From an uncultured Eubacteriales bacterium (GTDB taxonomy: Bacteria > Bacillota > Clostridia > Oscillospirales > Oscillospiraceae): 64,000 nt of DNA. Below are positions 8,124-18,489 of the stretch, in pieces (the first letter of the stretch is position 1; the number at the start of each line of letters is the position of its first letter). The stretch covers positions 81,569-145,568 of the forward strand of contig CATXTO010000003.1 of NCBI GenBank assembly GCA_958402445.1. The letters run 5' to 3'. The position numbers and the translations under genes were made by a program. Below the pieces are notes generated by a model. It ran no database searches and was not told the origin of the DNA. It saw nothing but the letters and a program-made list of their open reading frames with translations.

Positions 8124-10220
8124 ATGCAGAAGTTTGGAAAAGCGGTGGTTCGGCTCCGCAAATGGATTCTCGGCGTGGCGGTGGCCCTGTTGGTTCCATC
8201 CATTTTGGGCCTGTGCGCCACCCGCATCAATTATGACATGCTGACGTATCTGCCCGAGGATATGGATACGGTCACGGGACAGAACCTGCTGATGGAGGAG
8301 TTTGGCAAAGGCGCGTTTTCCTTTATCGTGGTAGAGGGAATGGAAGACCGGCAGGTATCGGAGCTTCGGGCGAAGCTGGAGCAGGTGGAGCATGTGGACA
8401 CAGTGCTCTGGTACGACAGCATCCTGAACCTGTCTGTGCCCAAGGAGCTGCTACCCCAGAGGCTGTACGACGCGTTTAACGCAGAAGACGCCACCATGCT
8501 GGCGGTGTTTTTTGACACCTCCACCTCCGCCGACGCGACCATGGAGGCGGTGCAGGCCATTCGCTCCCTGGCGGGAAAGCAGTGCTTCGTCTCGGGAATG
8601 TCCGCCATGGTGACAGATTTAAAAGACCTGTGCGAGCGGGAGGAGCCCATCTATGTGGGACTGGCCGTGCTGCTGTCTTGCGTAGCCATGATGCTGCTGC
8701 TGGACAACTGGCTGGTTCCCCTGGTTTTCCTCTTGAGCATCGGCATGGCGATTCTGTTGAACATGGGAAGCAATTATTTTTTGGGCGAAATCTCTTATCT
8801 GACCAAGGCCCTGTCCGCGGTGCTGCAGCTGGCCGTCACCATGGACTACTCCATTTTCCTGTGGCACAGCTACACCGAGCAGCGGGCCGCCTGCGGTGAG
8901 CCTAAGCAGGCCATGGCCCGGGCGGTGGCGGATACCATCACCTCCGTGGTGGGCAGCTCCATCACCACGGTGGCGGGCTTCCTGGCTTTGTGCTTTATGA
9001 GCTTTACCCTGGGCAAGGACCTGGGGCTCGTAATGGCAAAGGGCGTGATTTTGGGGGTGCTGGGCTGTGTGACCACCCTGCCGGCGCTGCTGCTAGCGCT
9101 GGACCCGCTGCTCTCCAAAACCCAGCACCGGCCCCTACTGCCGAAGGCAGACCGGTTGGCATCCTTTGTCACAAAGCACGCCTGGATTTTTCTGGTGATT
9201 TTTGCCCTGCTGGTGGCGCCTGCCTGGCTGGGCTACGCCAAGACCAATGAGGAGGTCTACTATGATTTAGGGGAGGCCCTGCCCCGGGATATGGACTATG
9301 TAATTGCCAACTCGGAGCTTAAAGAAAAGTTCGGCGTGAGCACCACCCATATGGTGCTGGTGGACGCGTCGCTGCCCGCCAAACAGGTCCGTTCTATGAT
9401 GGATGAAATGGAGCGAGTACCCGGCGTGCAGTATGTTTTGGGCCTGGAGTCCGTCGTTGGCTCTCTGGTTCCGGAGGAGGTGCTTCCCGTTTCCGTCTCC
9501 GGGCTACTCAAAAGCCAGCGGTGGGAGCTGCTGCTGATCAATTCCCAGTATGACGTGGCAAGCGACCAGGCCAACGCACAGATTGATCAGCTCAATGGGA
9601 TTATCAAGTCCCACGACCAAAGCGGCATGCTGATTGGGGAGGCACCCTGCACCAAGGATATGATCGAGGTTACGGATCGGGATTTCCAGGTGGTGACCTG
9701 GATTTCCATCGCCGCCATATTCATTATCATTGCCCTGGTGCTCAAGAGTTTGACGCTGCCGGTGATCTTGGTGGCGGTCATTGAGTTCGCCATTTTTATC
9801 AACCTGGGCCTGCCCCATTACCTGGGCACGTCCCTGCCTTTTGTGGCGCCAATCTGCATCAGCACCATTCAACTGGGCTCCACCGTGGACTATGCCATTC
9901 TCATGACCACGCGGTATCGGCGGGAGCGGGCCTCCGGTCTGGCAAAACGGCCGGCGGTGACCAAGGCCCTGGCTGCCTCCATGTCCTCGGTGCTGGTCAG
10001 CGCGTTCGGCTTTTTTGCCGCCACCTTCGGCGTGGGGCTGTACTCCGACATCGATATCATCAGCTCCATGTGCAATTTAATGGCCCGGGGCGCGGCGGTG
10101 AGTTTGCTGTGTGTCATTTTTATCCTGCCGGACCTGTTTATGCTGCTGGACCCGGTCATTTGCGCCACCAGCTTGGGCTTTCGGCCCAAAAAGATTCAAA
10201 TTACGGAGGGAATGCTATGA
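8124..10220 (+). CDS. MMPL/RND-family membrane transporter
   Basis: Start MQKFGK at 8124 with AGGAGG; duplicated MMPL halves (LQLAVTMDYSIFL / IQLGSTVDYAILM). Confidence 0.9.
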   Translation: MQKFGKAVVRLRKWILGVAVALLVPSILGLCATRINYDMLTYLPEDMDTVTGQNLLMEEFGKGAFSFIVVEGMEDRQVSELRAKLEQVEHVDTVLWYDSILNLSVPKELLPQRLYDAFNAEDATMLAVFFDTSTSADATMEAVQAIRSLAGKQCFVSGMSAMVTDLKDLCEREEPIYVGLAVLLSCVAMMLLLDNWLVPLVFLLSIGMAILLNMGSNYFLGEISYLTKALSAVLQLAVTMDYSIFLWHSYTEQRAACGEPKQAMARAVADTITSVVGSSITTVAGFLALCFMSFTLGKDLGLVMAKGVILGVLGCVTTLPALLLALDPLLSKTQHRPLLPKADRLASFVTKHAWIFLVIFALLVAPAWLGYAKTNEEVYYDLGEALPRDMDYVIANSELKEKFGVSTTHMVLVDASLPAKQVRSMMDEMERVPGVQYVLGLESVVGSLVPEEVLPVSVSGLLKSQRWELLLINSQYDVASDQANAQIDQLNGIIKSHDQSGMLIGEAPCTKDMIEVTDRDFQVVTWISIAAIFIIIALVLKSLTLPVILVAVIEFAIFINLGLPHYLGTSLPFVAPICISTIQLGSTVDYAILMTTRYRRERASGLAKRPAVTKALAASMSSVLVSAFGFFAATFGVGLYSDIDIISSMCNLMARGAAVSLLCVIFILPDLFMLLDPVICATSLGFRPKKIQITEGML

Positions 10221-12277
10221 AGTTCCATCAGAAAAAAGGGATGCGCTTGTTGGCCGGCGCTCTAGCCGCCGCCCTGCTGTGCACGGGGACCGGCCTGCTG
10301 GCCTATGCAGCAGGCGCGGAGCGGGGGAGCCAGCGGAAGCCGGAGGATGCCGAGGAGGCTGGAAGCACCGCAAAAAAGGATGAAACCGTATATGTGATTG
10401 CGGATGCAGAAGGCGCGCCCCAGAAGGTGATTGTCAGCGATTGGATTCAAAATCCGCAGCATTTGGAGACCCTGGAGGATCAGTCCGAGCTGAAGGACAT
10501 TGAGGTGGTCAAAGGCGAGAGCACCTATACGCTCAATGGGGATAACTTGAAGGTTTGGGACACCAAGGGGGAGGACGTCTACTATCAGGGCATCGCGGAT
10601 CAGGACCTGCCCGTCTCCGTTTCGGTCCGTTACATGCTGGATGGCAAGGCCATCGGAGCCCAGGACCTGGCGGGCAAAAGCGGGCACGTGACCATTCGGT
10701 TTGACTATAAAAATCTGCAGAGCGGCAAGGTCCAAATCCAGGAGCAGGAGGAAACGGTCTATGTTCCTTTTGTGATGCTCACGGGATTGGTTTTGGACAG
10801 CAGCCGGTTTTCCCACGTCACTGTAACCAATGGAAAGTGCATCAACGATGGGGAAAAGCTGTTGGTAGCGGGGTTTGCTTTGCCGGGGCTGCAGGAGACC
10901 CTGGGGCTGGACCCGGAGAAGCTGGAGCTTCCGGCTTACGTAGAGATCAGCGCAGATGTGACGGACTTTGCGCTGGATACCACCATGACCCTGGCCACGG
11001 CGGAGATGTTCCAGGACCTGGACCTGGGCGGCGTGAACAGTCTGGAGGGGCTGGAGGAATCGATGCAGGACCTGACGGACGCCATGGCCCAGTTGCTGGA
11101 CGGCTCGTCTGCGCTGTATGACGGCCTGACGGAGCTGCTGGACCGGTCCGGGCTGTTGATTCAGGGCGTGGATCAACTGGCAAACGGCGCGGCTCGTTTG
11201 GCCTCCGGCGCCGGGGATCTGTCGGACGGCGCTGCGCAGATGCAACAGGGCCTTTCCCAGGCCCAGGCGGGGCTGGGAAAGCTCCGCTCCAACAGTTCCG
11301 TTTTAAACGCCGGCGCGCAGCAGGTTTTTGACGCGCTGCTGGCTACGGCGGACGCGCAACTGAAGGCGGCGGGCCTCTCGGCGGAGAAGCTGACGCGAGA
11401 TAATTATGCTAAGGTGCTGGACGGGATTGCCGGGTCGTTGGACCCCACGGCGGTTTATGACATGGCCTACAACACGGCGCTGGGTCAGGTGTCGGATGCG
11501 GTACGGGCTCAGGCGCCCACCGTCCGGGCTCGGGTGGAGGCTGCAATTCGGGTGCGGGTCCTGGAGGGCGTCCTGGCGGAAGCAGGCCTAGATATGACGG
11601 CGGAGGCGTATGACGCGGCCGTGGCGGCTGGCGCCATTGACTTGGAGACCCAGGCACAGATCAGTGCCGGTGTGGAAGCGCAGATGCAATCGGAGGAGAT
11701 TCAGGCCCAGATCGAACAGAATACGGAGGCTCAAATTCAGGCGCTCATTGACCAGACCATGAAAAGCCCGGAAATTCAAGCACAAATCAATGCAGCGGTG
11801 GAAAGCGCAAAAAACGGGTCCGGCAGCATCGCGGCGTTGCGCGCCCAGTTGGATAGCTACAGCGAATTCTATCAGGGACTTCGCTCCTATACCGCGGGCG
11901 TGGACCAGGCCGCCTCTGGGGTTGACGCCCTGGCCGTCGGTGGAAAGGACTTGGCCGCCGGCGCGGCGGACCTAAAGTCCGGAGCAAACAGCCTTTCTCG
12001 CGGCTTAGGCAATCTTCGCAGCGGCGGCGGTGCGCTGACCTCTGGCGTGCAGCAGCTGCGGGATGGGGCTATGCAGCTCTCTGACGGCTTACAGGAGTTT
12101 GACGAAAAGGGGATTCAAAAGCTAGCGGATGCCGTGGAGGGGGATTTGGACCAGCTTGTTTTGCGCCTTCAGGCTGCAGTGGAGGCCGCCCAGACCTACC
12201 AGACCTTTGCCGGTTTGGCGGAAGGGATGAATGGCACGGTGCGCTTCGTGTATAAGACCGACGGCATAGGAGAATAG
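10217..12277 (+). CDS. Secreted or anchored protein with X-X-X-Leu-X-X-Gly heptad repeats (YhgE/Pip-like partner of MMPL)
   Basis: ATGA overlap with MMPL; signal peptide; KDETVYV motif; LxxGxxxLxxG heptads. Confidence 0.85.
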   Translation: MKFHQKKGMRLLAGALAAALLCTGTGLLAYAAGAERGSQRKPEDAEEAGSTAKKDETVYVIADAEGAPQKVIVSDWIQNPQHLETLEDQSELKDIEVVKGESTYTLNGDNLKVWDTKGEDVYYQGIADQDLPVSVSVRYMLDGKAIGAQDLAGKSGHVTIRFDYKNLQSGKVQIQEQEETVYVPFVMLTGLVLDSSRFSHVTVTNGKCINDGEKLLVAGFALPGLQETLGLDPEKLELPAYVEISADVTDFALDTTMTLATAEMFQDLDLGGVNSLEGLEESMQDLTDAMAQLLDGSSALYDGLTELLDRSGLLIQGVDQLANGAARLASGAGDLSDGAAQMQQGLSQAQAGLGKLRSNSSVLNAGAQQVFDALLATADAQLKAAGLSAEKLTRDNYAKVLDGIAGSLDPTAVYDMAYNTALGQVSDAVRAQAPTVRARVEAAIRVRVLEGVLAEAGLDMTAEAYDAAVAAGAIDLETQAQISAGVEAQMQSEEIQAQIEQNTEAQIQALIDQTMKSPEIQAQINAAVESAKNGSGSIAALRAQLDSYSEFYQGLRSYTAGVDQAASGVDALAVGGKDLAAGAADLKSGANSLSRGLGNLRSGGGALTSGVQQLRDGAMQLSDGLQEFDEKGIQKLADAVEGDLDQLVLRLQAAVEAAQTYQTFAGLAEGMNGTVRFVYKTDGIGE

Positions 12278-12282
12278 AGTCC

Positions 12283-12322
12283 AAAACCGGCGGGGCCGGG
12301 GCATTGCCCCGGCCCCGCCGGT
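12283..12322 (+). terminator. GC-rich hairpin after the MMPL operon
   Basis: ACCGGCGGGGCCGGGGCA/TGCCCCGGCCCCGCCGGT. Confidence 0.65.
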
Positions 12323-12539
12323 GAGATTGTCGCCCCCTACGGGGTTTTCGACAAAAGCTTGCAGTCCGCTGCACGCGCATTTTTTGCGCCAACGGCACGA
12401 AAAATGCACATTTGCAACCTGAGCTGGATTTCCTGCCACGCTTATGACGCGGCAGGAGTGCCCCTCCACTCCAAACCGAACCCGCTGCACTGGGCTTCGG
12501 TTTGGTTTTTGCTTTTGCGGTGATTTCCGGTAACGGAAT

Positions 12540-12623
12540 GTAGGGGCAACCTGTGGTCGCCCGCGGGCGAGCGCAGCTCGCCCCTACAGGGGGGAACGGC
12601 GGGCGAGCGCAGCTCGCCCCTAC
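12540..12623. repeat. Cluster of three GTAG-type REP-like palindromes
   Basis: GTAGGGGCAACCTGTGGTCGCCCG followed by two copies of CGGGCGAGCGCAGCTCGCCCCTAC; the same units occur at 39 kb and 63 kb. Confidence 0.8.
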
Positions 12624-12791
12624 ACAGTGCAAACGAAAAGCGCGGAGACACATTTTTCATTGTGAATTTGATATGTATTGCGGAATGGGGTAAACTGGAG
12701 AAGAAAGTAGACGATAGCGGGCCCTGCCGGGCGCTGCTTTAAAAAAGCCGGCACCGGACGGCGGATAGATACCGGAGAGGGAGGAATTTGT

Positions 12792-13664
12792 ATGTGGATT
12801 GTGCTGGCGTTTGGCTCCGCGTTATTTGCCGGGTTGACTGCTATCCTGGCCAAGTGCGGAATTCGGGATACGGACTCCAACGTAGCCACGGCCTTGCGGA
12901 CGGCAGTGGTCTTGCTGTTTTCCTGGCTTTTGGTGTTTTTGGTGGGGAGCCAGAATACCATCGGTACCATCACGCCGAAAACCTGGCTGTTCCTGGTGCT
13001 CTCCGGTCTGGCCACCGGCGGGTCCTGGCTGTGCTATTTCCGGGCGCTGCAACTGGGAGATATCAATAAAGTGACGCCGGTGGATAAGTCCAGCACCATA
13101 CTGACCATGCTTTTGGCGGTGCTGTTCCTGCGGGAGGAGCTGACGGTACTCAAGGGTTTGTGCATGGTGCTCATCGGGGCCGGAACCTATTTGATGATTC
13201 AAAAAAAACGGTCCCCGGATGCAGTGGAATCCCATGGGTCCAAGGGGCATCTGTGGCTGCTGTATGCCGCGGGCGCCGCGGTGTTCGCCAGCTTGACCTC
13301 CATTTTGGGCAAGGTAGGCATCGAGGGAGTTGAATCCAATCTGGGCACCGCCATCCGAACGGCGGTGGTGCTGGTCATGGCCTGGATCGTGGTGTTTGTG
13401 ACTGGAAAACAAAACGCGGTCAGACAAATTGACGGAAGAAGCTGGCTGTTTTTAACCCTTTCCGGTCTGGCCACCGGCGGGTCCTGGCTGTGTTACTACC
13501 GGGCATTGCAGACAGGTCCTGCCAGCGTGGTGGTACCCATCGACAAGCTCAGCATTGTAGTTACCATCGCGTTTTCCTATTTTGTTTTCCGAGAAAGGCT
13601 GACCCGCAAAGCGGCGGTGGGACTTATTATGATTGTAGCGGGGACGCTTCTGTTGTTAATATGA
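12792..13664 (+). CDS. EamA/DMT-family transporter
   Basis: Two EamA repeats (LSGLATGGSWLCY..AL; PVDKSS/PIDKLS); GGAGG RBS. Confidence 0.93.
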   Translation: MWIVLAFGSALFAGLTAILAKCGIRDTDSNVATALRTAVVLLFSWLLVFLVGSQNTIGTITPKTWLFLVLSGLATGGSWLCYFRALQLGDINKVTPVDKSSTILTMLLAVLFLREELTVLKGLCMVLIGAGTYLMIQKKRSPDAVESHGSKGHLWLLYAAGAAVFASLTSILGKVGIEGVESNLGTAIRTAVVLVMAWIVVFVTGKQNAVRQIDGRSWLFLTLSGLATGGSWLCYYRALQTGPASVVVPIDKLSIVVTIAFSYFVFRERLTRKAAVGLIMIVAGTLLLLI

Positions 13665-14293
13665 AAAAGCCGAACGTGCCGCCGGGATAACCCGGCGGCT
13701 ATTTTTTGTTTTGGTGAATTTGCCAGCAGAAATGGGACATGTGTCTGGATATCATTGCAGAACTGGGCGGTATAATATGGCGGATTATACAATTTTCTTA
13801 AACTATTTTTGACACATGTGATTTTTGTATAGTAATTTTGTATAAACATTTTTAAAAAAATGGGATGAATTTACAATGGACAGGCATTGCATCAGTGGTG
13901 TATAATAATAAACAAAACAAATTTTGTATCAATTAGCACTTTTTTCCAGAATATGTCATGTTTTAATGTCATGAAAATATAAAAGGACGAGCTACCCTGC
14001 AAATGTACCACCGCAGGTACCAAGGCGAAGAAAAAATTGAATTTGGATAATGCAAGACCAGCATTGTCCTTCAGAATTCGCTAGTTCTGGACGTGTCCCA
14101 CTTGGAGCCTTTGACGAGCAACGACTTGTACGCTTTTAGCGCCGGCAGCGGCGCAGCGTATTGCAGGGGCGGCTCAGCCTGACGCAGATCGGAATTCTGC
14201 ATTTACTGATTGCATAGGACGGGCCAGCTTGTATTTTAGAAATCCACCCGCACGAGCGAAGTGGGGGAACGCTACTGCATGTTTGGACCCAAT

Positions 14294-14582
14294 GGCTGCG
14301 TGGAAAGCACCTATGTGGGCCGGGAAAAGACCAGGCCCTCCTGCTTGCCATTTCACATCCCGGTGGAAAAGCCAGCAGCCGGAGCATAACGGGGTTTTGA
14401 GAGAATGGCTTTGCATATCAGTATCATATCACCTTTCAGTGACAAATAACCAAGTTCTGCTGATGCCTACGACAGACGGAGACGGCTTTTTTGGCCGGCC
14501 TGTGAGCACAGGGTTCATCCCCGCTGGCGCAGGGGTATGGTGGCTCCTGATGGAGAAGACAAAACAACGGCAGTTTACTTGA
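14294..14582 (+). pseudogene. Decayed C-terminal remnant of a pilin / LPXTG protein
   Basis: E-box-like STYVGREKTRPSCLPFHIPVE in one frame, then VTNNQVLLMPTTDGDG + hydrophobic stretch + basic tail KTKQRQ in another frame; immediately upstream of the pilin. Confidence 0.55.
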
Positions 14583-14704
14583 GGCTAGCGGGGAGGTTTT
14601 GTTCCGGTGGGATTGACCGGACGCATCGAGTGTGATGGCGCGGCTGTGGAGAGGACCCGCTCCCAGTCAAACCGTTCGCATATAAAATTTAGGGGGTTAA
14701 AACA

Positions 14705-16489
14705 GTGAAGAAATGGACACGAACAGCTGCACTGGTTTTGTGCTTTATCTTGGCACTTTCTCTGTGTGGCCTACCCGCCTTGGCGGCAGACAATGACGTC
14801 ATCGACGGAGAATCAGGAACCTTGACGCTGTACAAGTATCAAAACGCCGCCGGCGCCGCGTCTGTGGTGGACAGTGCGGATAAAGTACCAGTGGAAGGCG
14901 CTACATTCAGCGCTTATCGCGTGATTGACCTTACGGCTACGCAAGGTAATGTGACTGTTGCAGTGAACGATGCCTTTAAAGATGTAATCACCAATGTAAC
15001 ATACGATAACGGCAAGTTTACTTATACAAATCAGGCAGGTGAGGTCACCAACAATTTGGAGGATTGGCTGGATGACCTGACCGGAGCCGCCGAGAATGCC
15101 ACCTACGAGGCCATCACGGATGTTGAGGGCAAAGCCGCGTTTGGCAGTATGGACCTGGGCGTGTATCTGGTGGTGGAGACCGGCGCGCCTGGCAACTACT
15201 ACGCCACGACCGGCGCCTTTCTGGTGAGTGTTCCCACTACGGAAAAAAACGCAGAGGGAGACAGCTACTGGGAATATGATGTTGTGGCATACCCCAAGAA
15301 CGACGTCATTGAGGTGGACAAACTGATTGTGGGCGGCGGTGCCCATGACCAGGATACCAAGGCCGACTCCTACAGCATCGGTGATACGGTTACCTTCCGG
15401 TTGAGTTCCGACATTCCCAGATATGCCGATGAGGTCTATCAGTCCGAGGATGTACGGGCCTTTAAGGATGGCTACACGGCGGATTACTATTTCCGGGACG
15501 AGATGACCGCTGGCCTGACCTATGTAAAAAACAGCGTAACGGTGATGGTGGGAGATCAGACGCTGGTAAGAGACCAGGATTACAAGCTTTTCATCTTGGA
15601 TAGAGACGGCGATTGGGCGCCGGAAGCGACTTGGAGCGAGGATTTGTGTGCGGGACGTACATTAAAGGTCCAATTGCTGCCTGCCGCCATTGCCGCATAC
15701 GCGGGTCAGGAGATCACCGTGACCTATGAAACCGCTCTCAATGCGGACGCCGCACTGACCGCCGGGGATACCAATACAGTAAAGGTGCTATTCACCAGCA
15801 GCCCGCAGCAGAACAGCCAGGTGCCGCAATATAGTGAAACAGAGGGACGGACCGTCAGAGTTTATACCTACGCCTTTACCTTGGCAAAGCAATTCTCTGC
15901 CAATGGCGGAAATTTCGCAGACGTCACCTTTGAGCTCAAGGATGCAAACGGCGTCATGAAGTGCATCAAGAACGGCTCGGGAAGCTTTACCATCTGTGCA
16001 AGTGAAAAAGAAGCGCCGAAGGCGATTCCTTCCACCGGCTTGGATCTGGATGTAGATGGCCGCCTAGCCATCAAGGGCCTGGAGAGCGGCGTATACACCC
16101 TCACCGAGCTGACGACCACCAAGGGATTTAATCTGCTGCCTAAGCCGATCACGATTTCAATTTACGAGACCTATACCAAAGAGGGCGCGGACCCGATTTA
16201 CCGTCTGGACAAAGACTACTTTAAGCTGGTGGACGGTAAAATGGTGAAGCAGGAGCTGACGAAATTGGATGCGGGCTACGCCATGGTGGGTACTGTAGCT
16301 CACACAGCGGATGAGGACACCGGCGCCTCCGATACTGGCAGATTTACATTCAACGTCATGAATACCAAGGGCTTCGACCTGCCCCACACCGGCGGCATGG
16401 GCACTTGGATCTTCACCATCGGCGGTCTGTTCCTCATGGCGGCGGCCGTGGTTCTGCTGGCGAAGGCAGGAAAGAGAAAAACCGTGTAA
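14705..16489 (+). CDS. Major (backbone) pilin, SpaA/SpaH/EbpC-like
   Basis: Signal peptide, pilin motif VVAYPKN, E-boxes (GVYLVVET; GVYTLTEL), LPHTGG sorting motif + TM + KRK tail. Confidence 0.93.
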   Translation: MKKWTRTAALVLCFILALSLCGLPALAADNDVIDGESGTLTLYKYQNAAGAASVVDSADKVPVEGATFSAYRVIDLTATQGNVTVAVNDAFKDVITNVTYDNGKFTYTNQAGEVTNNLEDWLDDLTGAAENATYEAITDVEGKAAFGSMDLGVYLVVETGAPGNYYATTGAFLVSVPTTEKNAEGDSYWEYDVVAYPKNDVIEVDKLIVGGGAHDQDTKADSYSIGDTVTFRLSSDIPRYADEVYQSEDVRAFKDGYTADYYFRDEMTAGLTYVKNSVTVMVGDQTLVRDQDYKLFILDRDGDWAPEATWSEDLCAGRTLKVQLLPAAIAAYAGQEITVTYETALNADAALTAGDTNTVKVLFTSSPQQNSQVPQYSETEGRTVRVYTYAFTLAKQFSANGGNFADVTFELKDANGVMKCIKNGSGSFTICASEKEAPKAIPSTGLDLDVDGRLAIKGLESGVYTLTELTTTKGFNLLPKPITISIYETYTKEGADPIYRLDKDYFKLVDGKMVKQELTKLDAGYAMVGTVAHTADEDTGASDTGRFTFNVMNTKGFDLPHTGGMGTWIFTIGGLFLMAAAVVLLAKAGKRKTV

Positions 16490-16504
16490 AAGATCAACGC
16501 AATT

Positions 16505-16538
16505 CGCAGGAGGACGCGTTCCGGCGCGTCCTCCTGCG
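16505..16538 (+). terminator. Intergenic hairpin between pilin and sortase (partial terminator or mRNA stabiliser)
   Basis: CGCAGGAGGACGCG/CGCGTCCTCCTGCG 14-bp stem with no U-tract. Confidence 0.55.
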
Positions 16539-16554
16539 GCAATTGGGGTAAGGT

Positions 16555-17433
16555 ATGAGACGCAAGCTGTTAGTCATCGGGGTGTGTCTGCTATTTGTCA
16601 TAGGCCTTCTGGTAACGGTATACCCGTTCCTCAGTAATTATCTGTACGAGAATCGGCAGGACGGCGTGATCCAATCCTACGAACAGGCGGTGTCCCAGTC
16701 GAATCAGACATCTCTGGAGAAATTTTGGCAGGAGGCCTGGGATTATAATAAGGGTTTGTTGCAAGGCGGCGTGGTCCTAACCGACCCGTTTGCCCCGGAC
16801 GCGCTGATGGATCCTACCGCGGAGCCCTACGCGGGTCTTTTAAACGTCAACGGAAACGGTGTTATGGGATACCTGGAGATTCCAAAAATTCAGGTGTATC
16901 TTGCGGTCTACCACGGGACAACTGAGGCGGTGCTGCAAAAAGGGATTGGACATCTGGAGAACACTTCCCTGCCTGTGGGTGGGCAAGGGAGTCACGTGGT
17001 GGTATCCGGGCATACGGGTTTATCCGATAAGAAGCTGTTTACGGATTTGACGGAGCTGGAGACGGGCGATGTGTTTTATCTGCATGTATTGGACGACGTC
17101 CTTGCCTATCAGGTGGACCAAATCAAAGTGGTGGAACCCAGCGACACCTCAGACCTGCTTTTGGATGCGCAGCACGACTATGTAACCCTAGTAACCTGTA
17201 CGCCTTACGGCGTAAATACGCACCGCCTCTTGGTACGAGGGACGCGGATCGCATATGAGACGGCGGAGCAGACGCAGGAAGCGGATCGGAACCAGCCCGG
17301 TACCAGCCAGTGGATGCGGCAGTATAAGCAGTCTCTGCTGGTAGGTCTGGCTGGGTTGTCGGCGGTGCTTGCGCTGTGGCTGATCGTCATCGCCATCCGG
17401 CGCCGCGTGCGGCGCAAGGAGGGCCGCGCATGA
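16555..17433 (+). CDS. srtC: Class C (pilus) sortase
   Basis: DPF lid, SGHTG, TLVTCTPYGVNTHRLLVRG, N- and C-terminal TM. Confidence 0.95.
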   Translation: MRRKLLVIGVCLLFVIGLLVTVYPFLSNYLYENRQDGVIQSYEQAVSQSNQTSLEKFWQEAWDYNKGLLQGGVVLTDPFAPDALMDPTAEPYAGLLNVNGNGVMGYLEIPKIQVYLAVYHGTTEAVLQKGIGHLENTSLPVGGQGSHVVVSGHTGLSDKKLFTDLTELETGDVFYLHVLDDVLAYQVDQIKVVEPSDTSDLLLDAQHDYVTLVTCTPYGVNTHRLLVRGTRIAYETAEQTQEADRNQPGTSQWMRQYKQSLLVGLAGLSAVLALWLIVIAIRRRVRRKEGRA

Positions 17434-18449
17434 GACGAAAGCTCCTGTTATTTCTATGCATCCTCTTGTTTTTGTCCGGTTTGGGTATTTTCCTTTGGCC
17501 AACCGTGCAGACCCTGCTGTTTCAGCGGCAGAGCGCGCAGGTGATTGCAGATTTCCGCAGCCGGGCGGAGGATGCGCAAGAGCTGAAACGGGGCGATCCC
17601 GTAACAGTGCCGGTGGAGACAACCGAGCCGGAACAGACGCAACAGGAGCCCGGGCCCACTGAGGCGCCGGCCACCCAGCCTCAGATACCGGACTATCCCG
17701 GCCTTTTGGCGGAGATGGAGCGGTATAATCGTACGCTCTATCTGACGGGGCAGGCCGGGCTTCAGGATGCCTGGAGCTATGAGCAGGCTGCCCTGGACCT
17801 GACACAATGGGGGCTGGAGGACAGCGCGGTAGGATATATTACCATTCCCGCAATGGATTTGGAGATGCCGCTTTACCTGGGCGCCTCCCGAGGGCACATG
17901 GCGGAGGGGGCGGCGGTGCTGGGGCAGACCAGCCTGCCCATCGGCGGAAGGGATACGAATTGTGTCATCGCCGGCCACCGGGGATACCGGGGCGCGCCGT
18001 ATTTTTTGGAGATTGAGAAGCTGGAGGTAGGCGACGAGGTCTATCTCACCAACTTCTGGCAGACCCTGCGCTACACCGTAAGGGAAATTGTGATAATCCT
18101 CCCCAACGAGGTGGATCAGGTGCTGATTCAAGAGGGGCAGGATTTGGTGACGCTAGTCACCTGTCACCCTTATCAGGTTTCCTCCCACCGGTATGTGGTC
18201 TACTGCCAACGGGACGAATTGAATGCCCAAGAGAATTTGACTTCCGTGCCGACGTCCGCATCCGTATCTCCTCCCACGGACCATAGGATGCCCTCCGGCA
18301 CAGGGCTCACAGGCGCGGAGGTGGCCTCCTCTCAGGGAAAAATTCAAATGGAGCGGATGTTACGATACATGAGCGCGGGATTTATCCTGATTATCCTATT
18401 GGCGCTGGGAATCTGCCGATTCCGGCGCAGAAAGACCAAGGGAAGCTGA
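17430..18449 (+). CDS. srtC: Second class C sortase
   Basis: ATGA overlap; AGHRG, TLVTCHPYQVSSHRYVV; lid-like DAW; C-terminal TM. Confidence 0.92.
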   Translation: MRRKLLLFLCILLFLSGLGIFLWPTVQTLLFQRQSAQVIADFRSRAEDAQELKRGDPVTVPVETTEPEQTQQEPGPTEAPATQPQIPDYPGLLAEMERYNRTLYLTGQAGLQDAWSYEQAALDLTQWGLEDSAVGYITIPAMDLEMPLYLGASRGHMAEGAAVLGQTSLPIGGRDTNCVIAGHRGYRGAPYFLEIEKLEVGDEVYLTNFWQTLRYTVREIVIILPNEVDQVLIQEGQDLVTLVTCHPYQVSSHRYVVYCQRDELNAQENLTSVPTSASVSPPTDHRMPSGTGLTGAEVASSQGKIQMERMLRYMSAGFILIILLALGICRFRRRKTKGS

Positions 18450-18489
18450 CGGAAGACGCCTGCGCGAAGATAAGGGTACCCAGGGGCGT

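Noticed and set aside
14511..14539. GGGTTCATCCCCGCTGGCGCAGGGG resembles a type I-E CRISPR repeat
   Set aside because: Single copy, no spacers or cas genes, and it lies in the TM-coding part of the pilin remnant; most likely coincidence.
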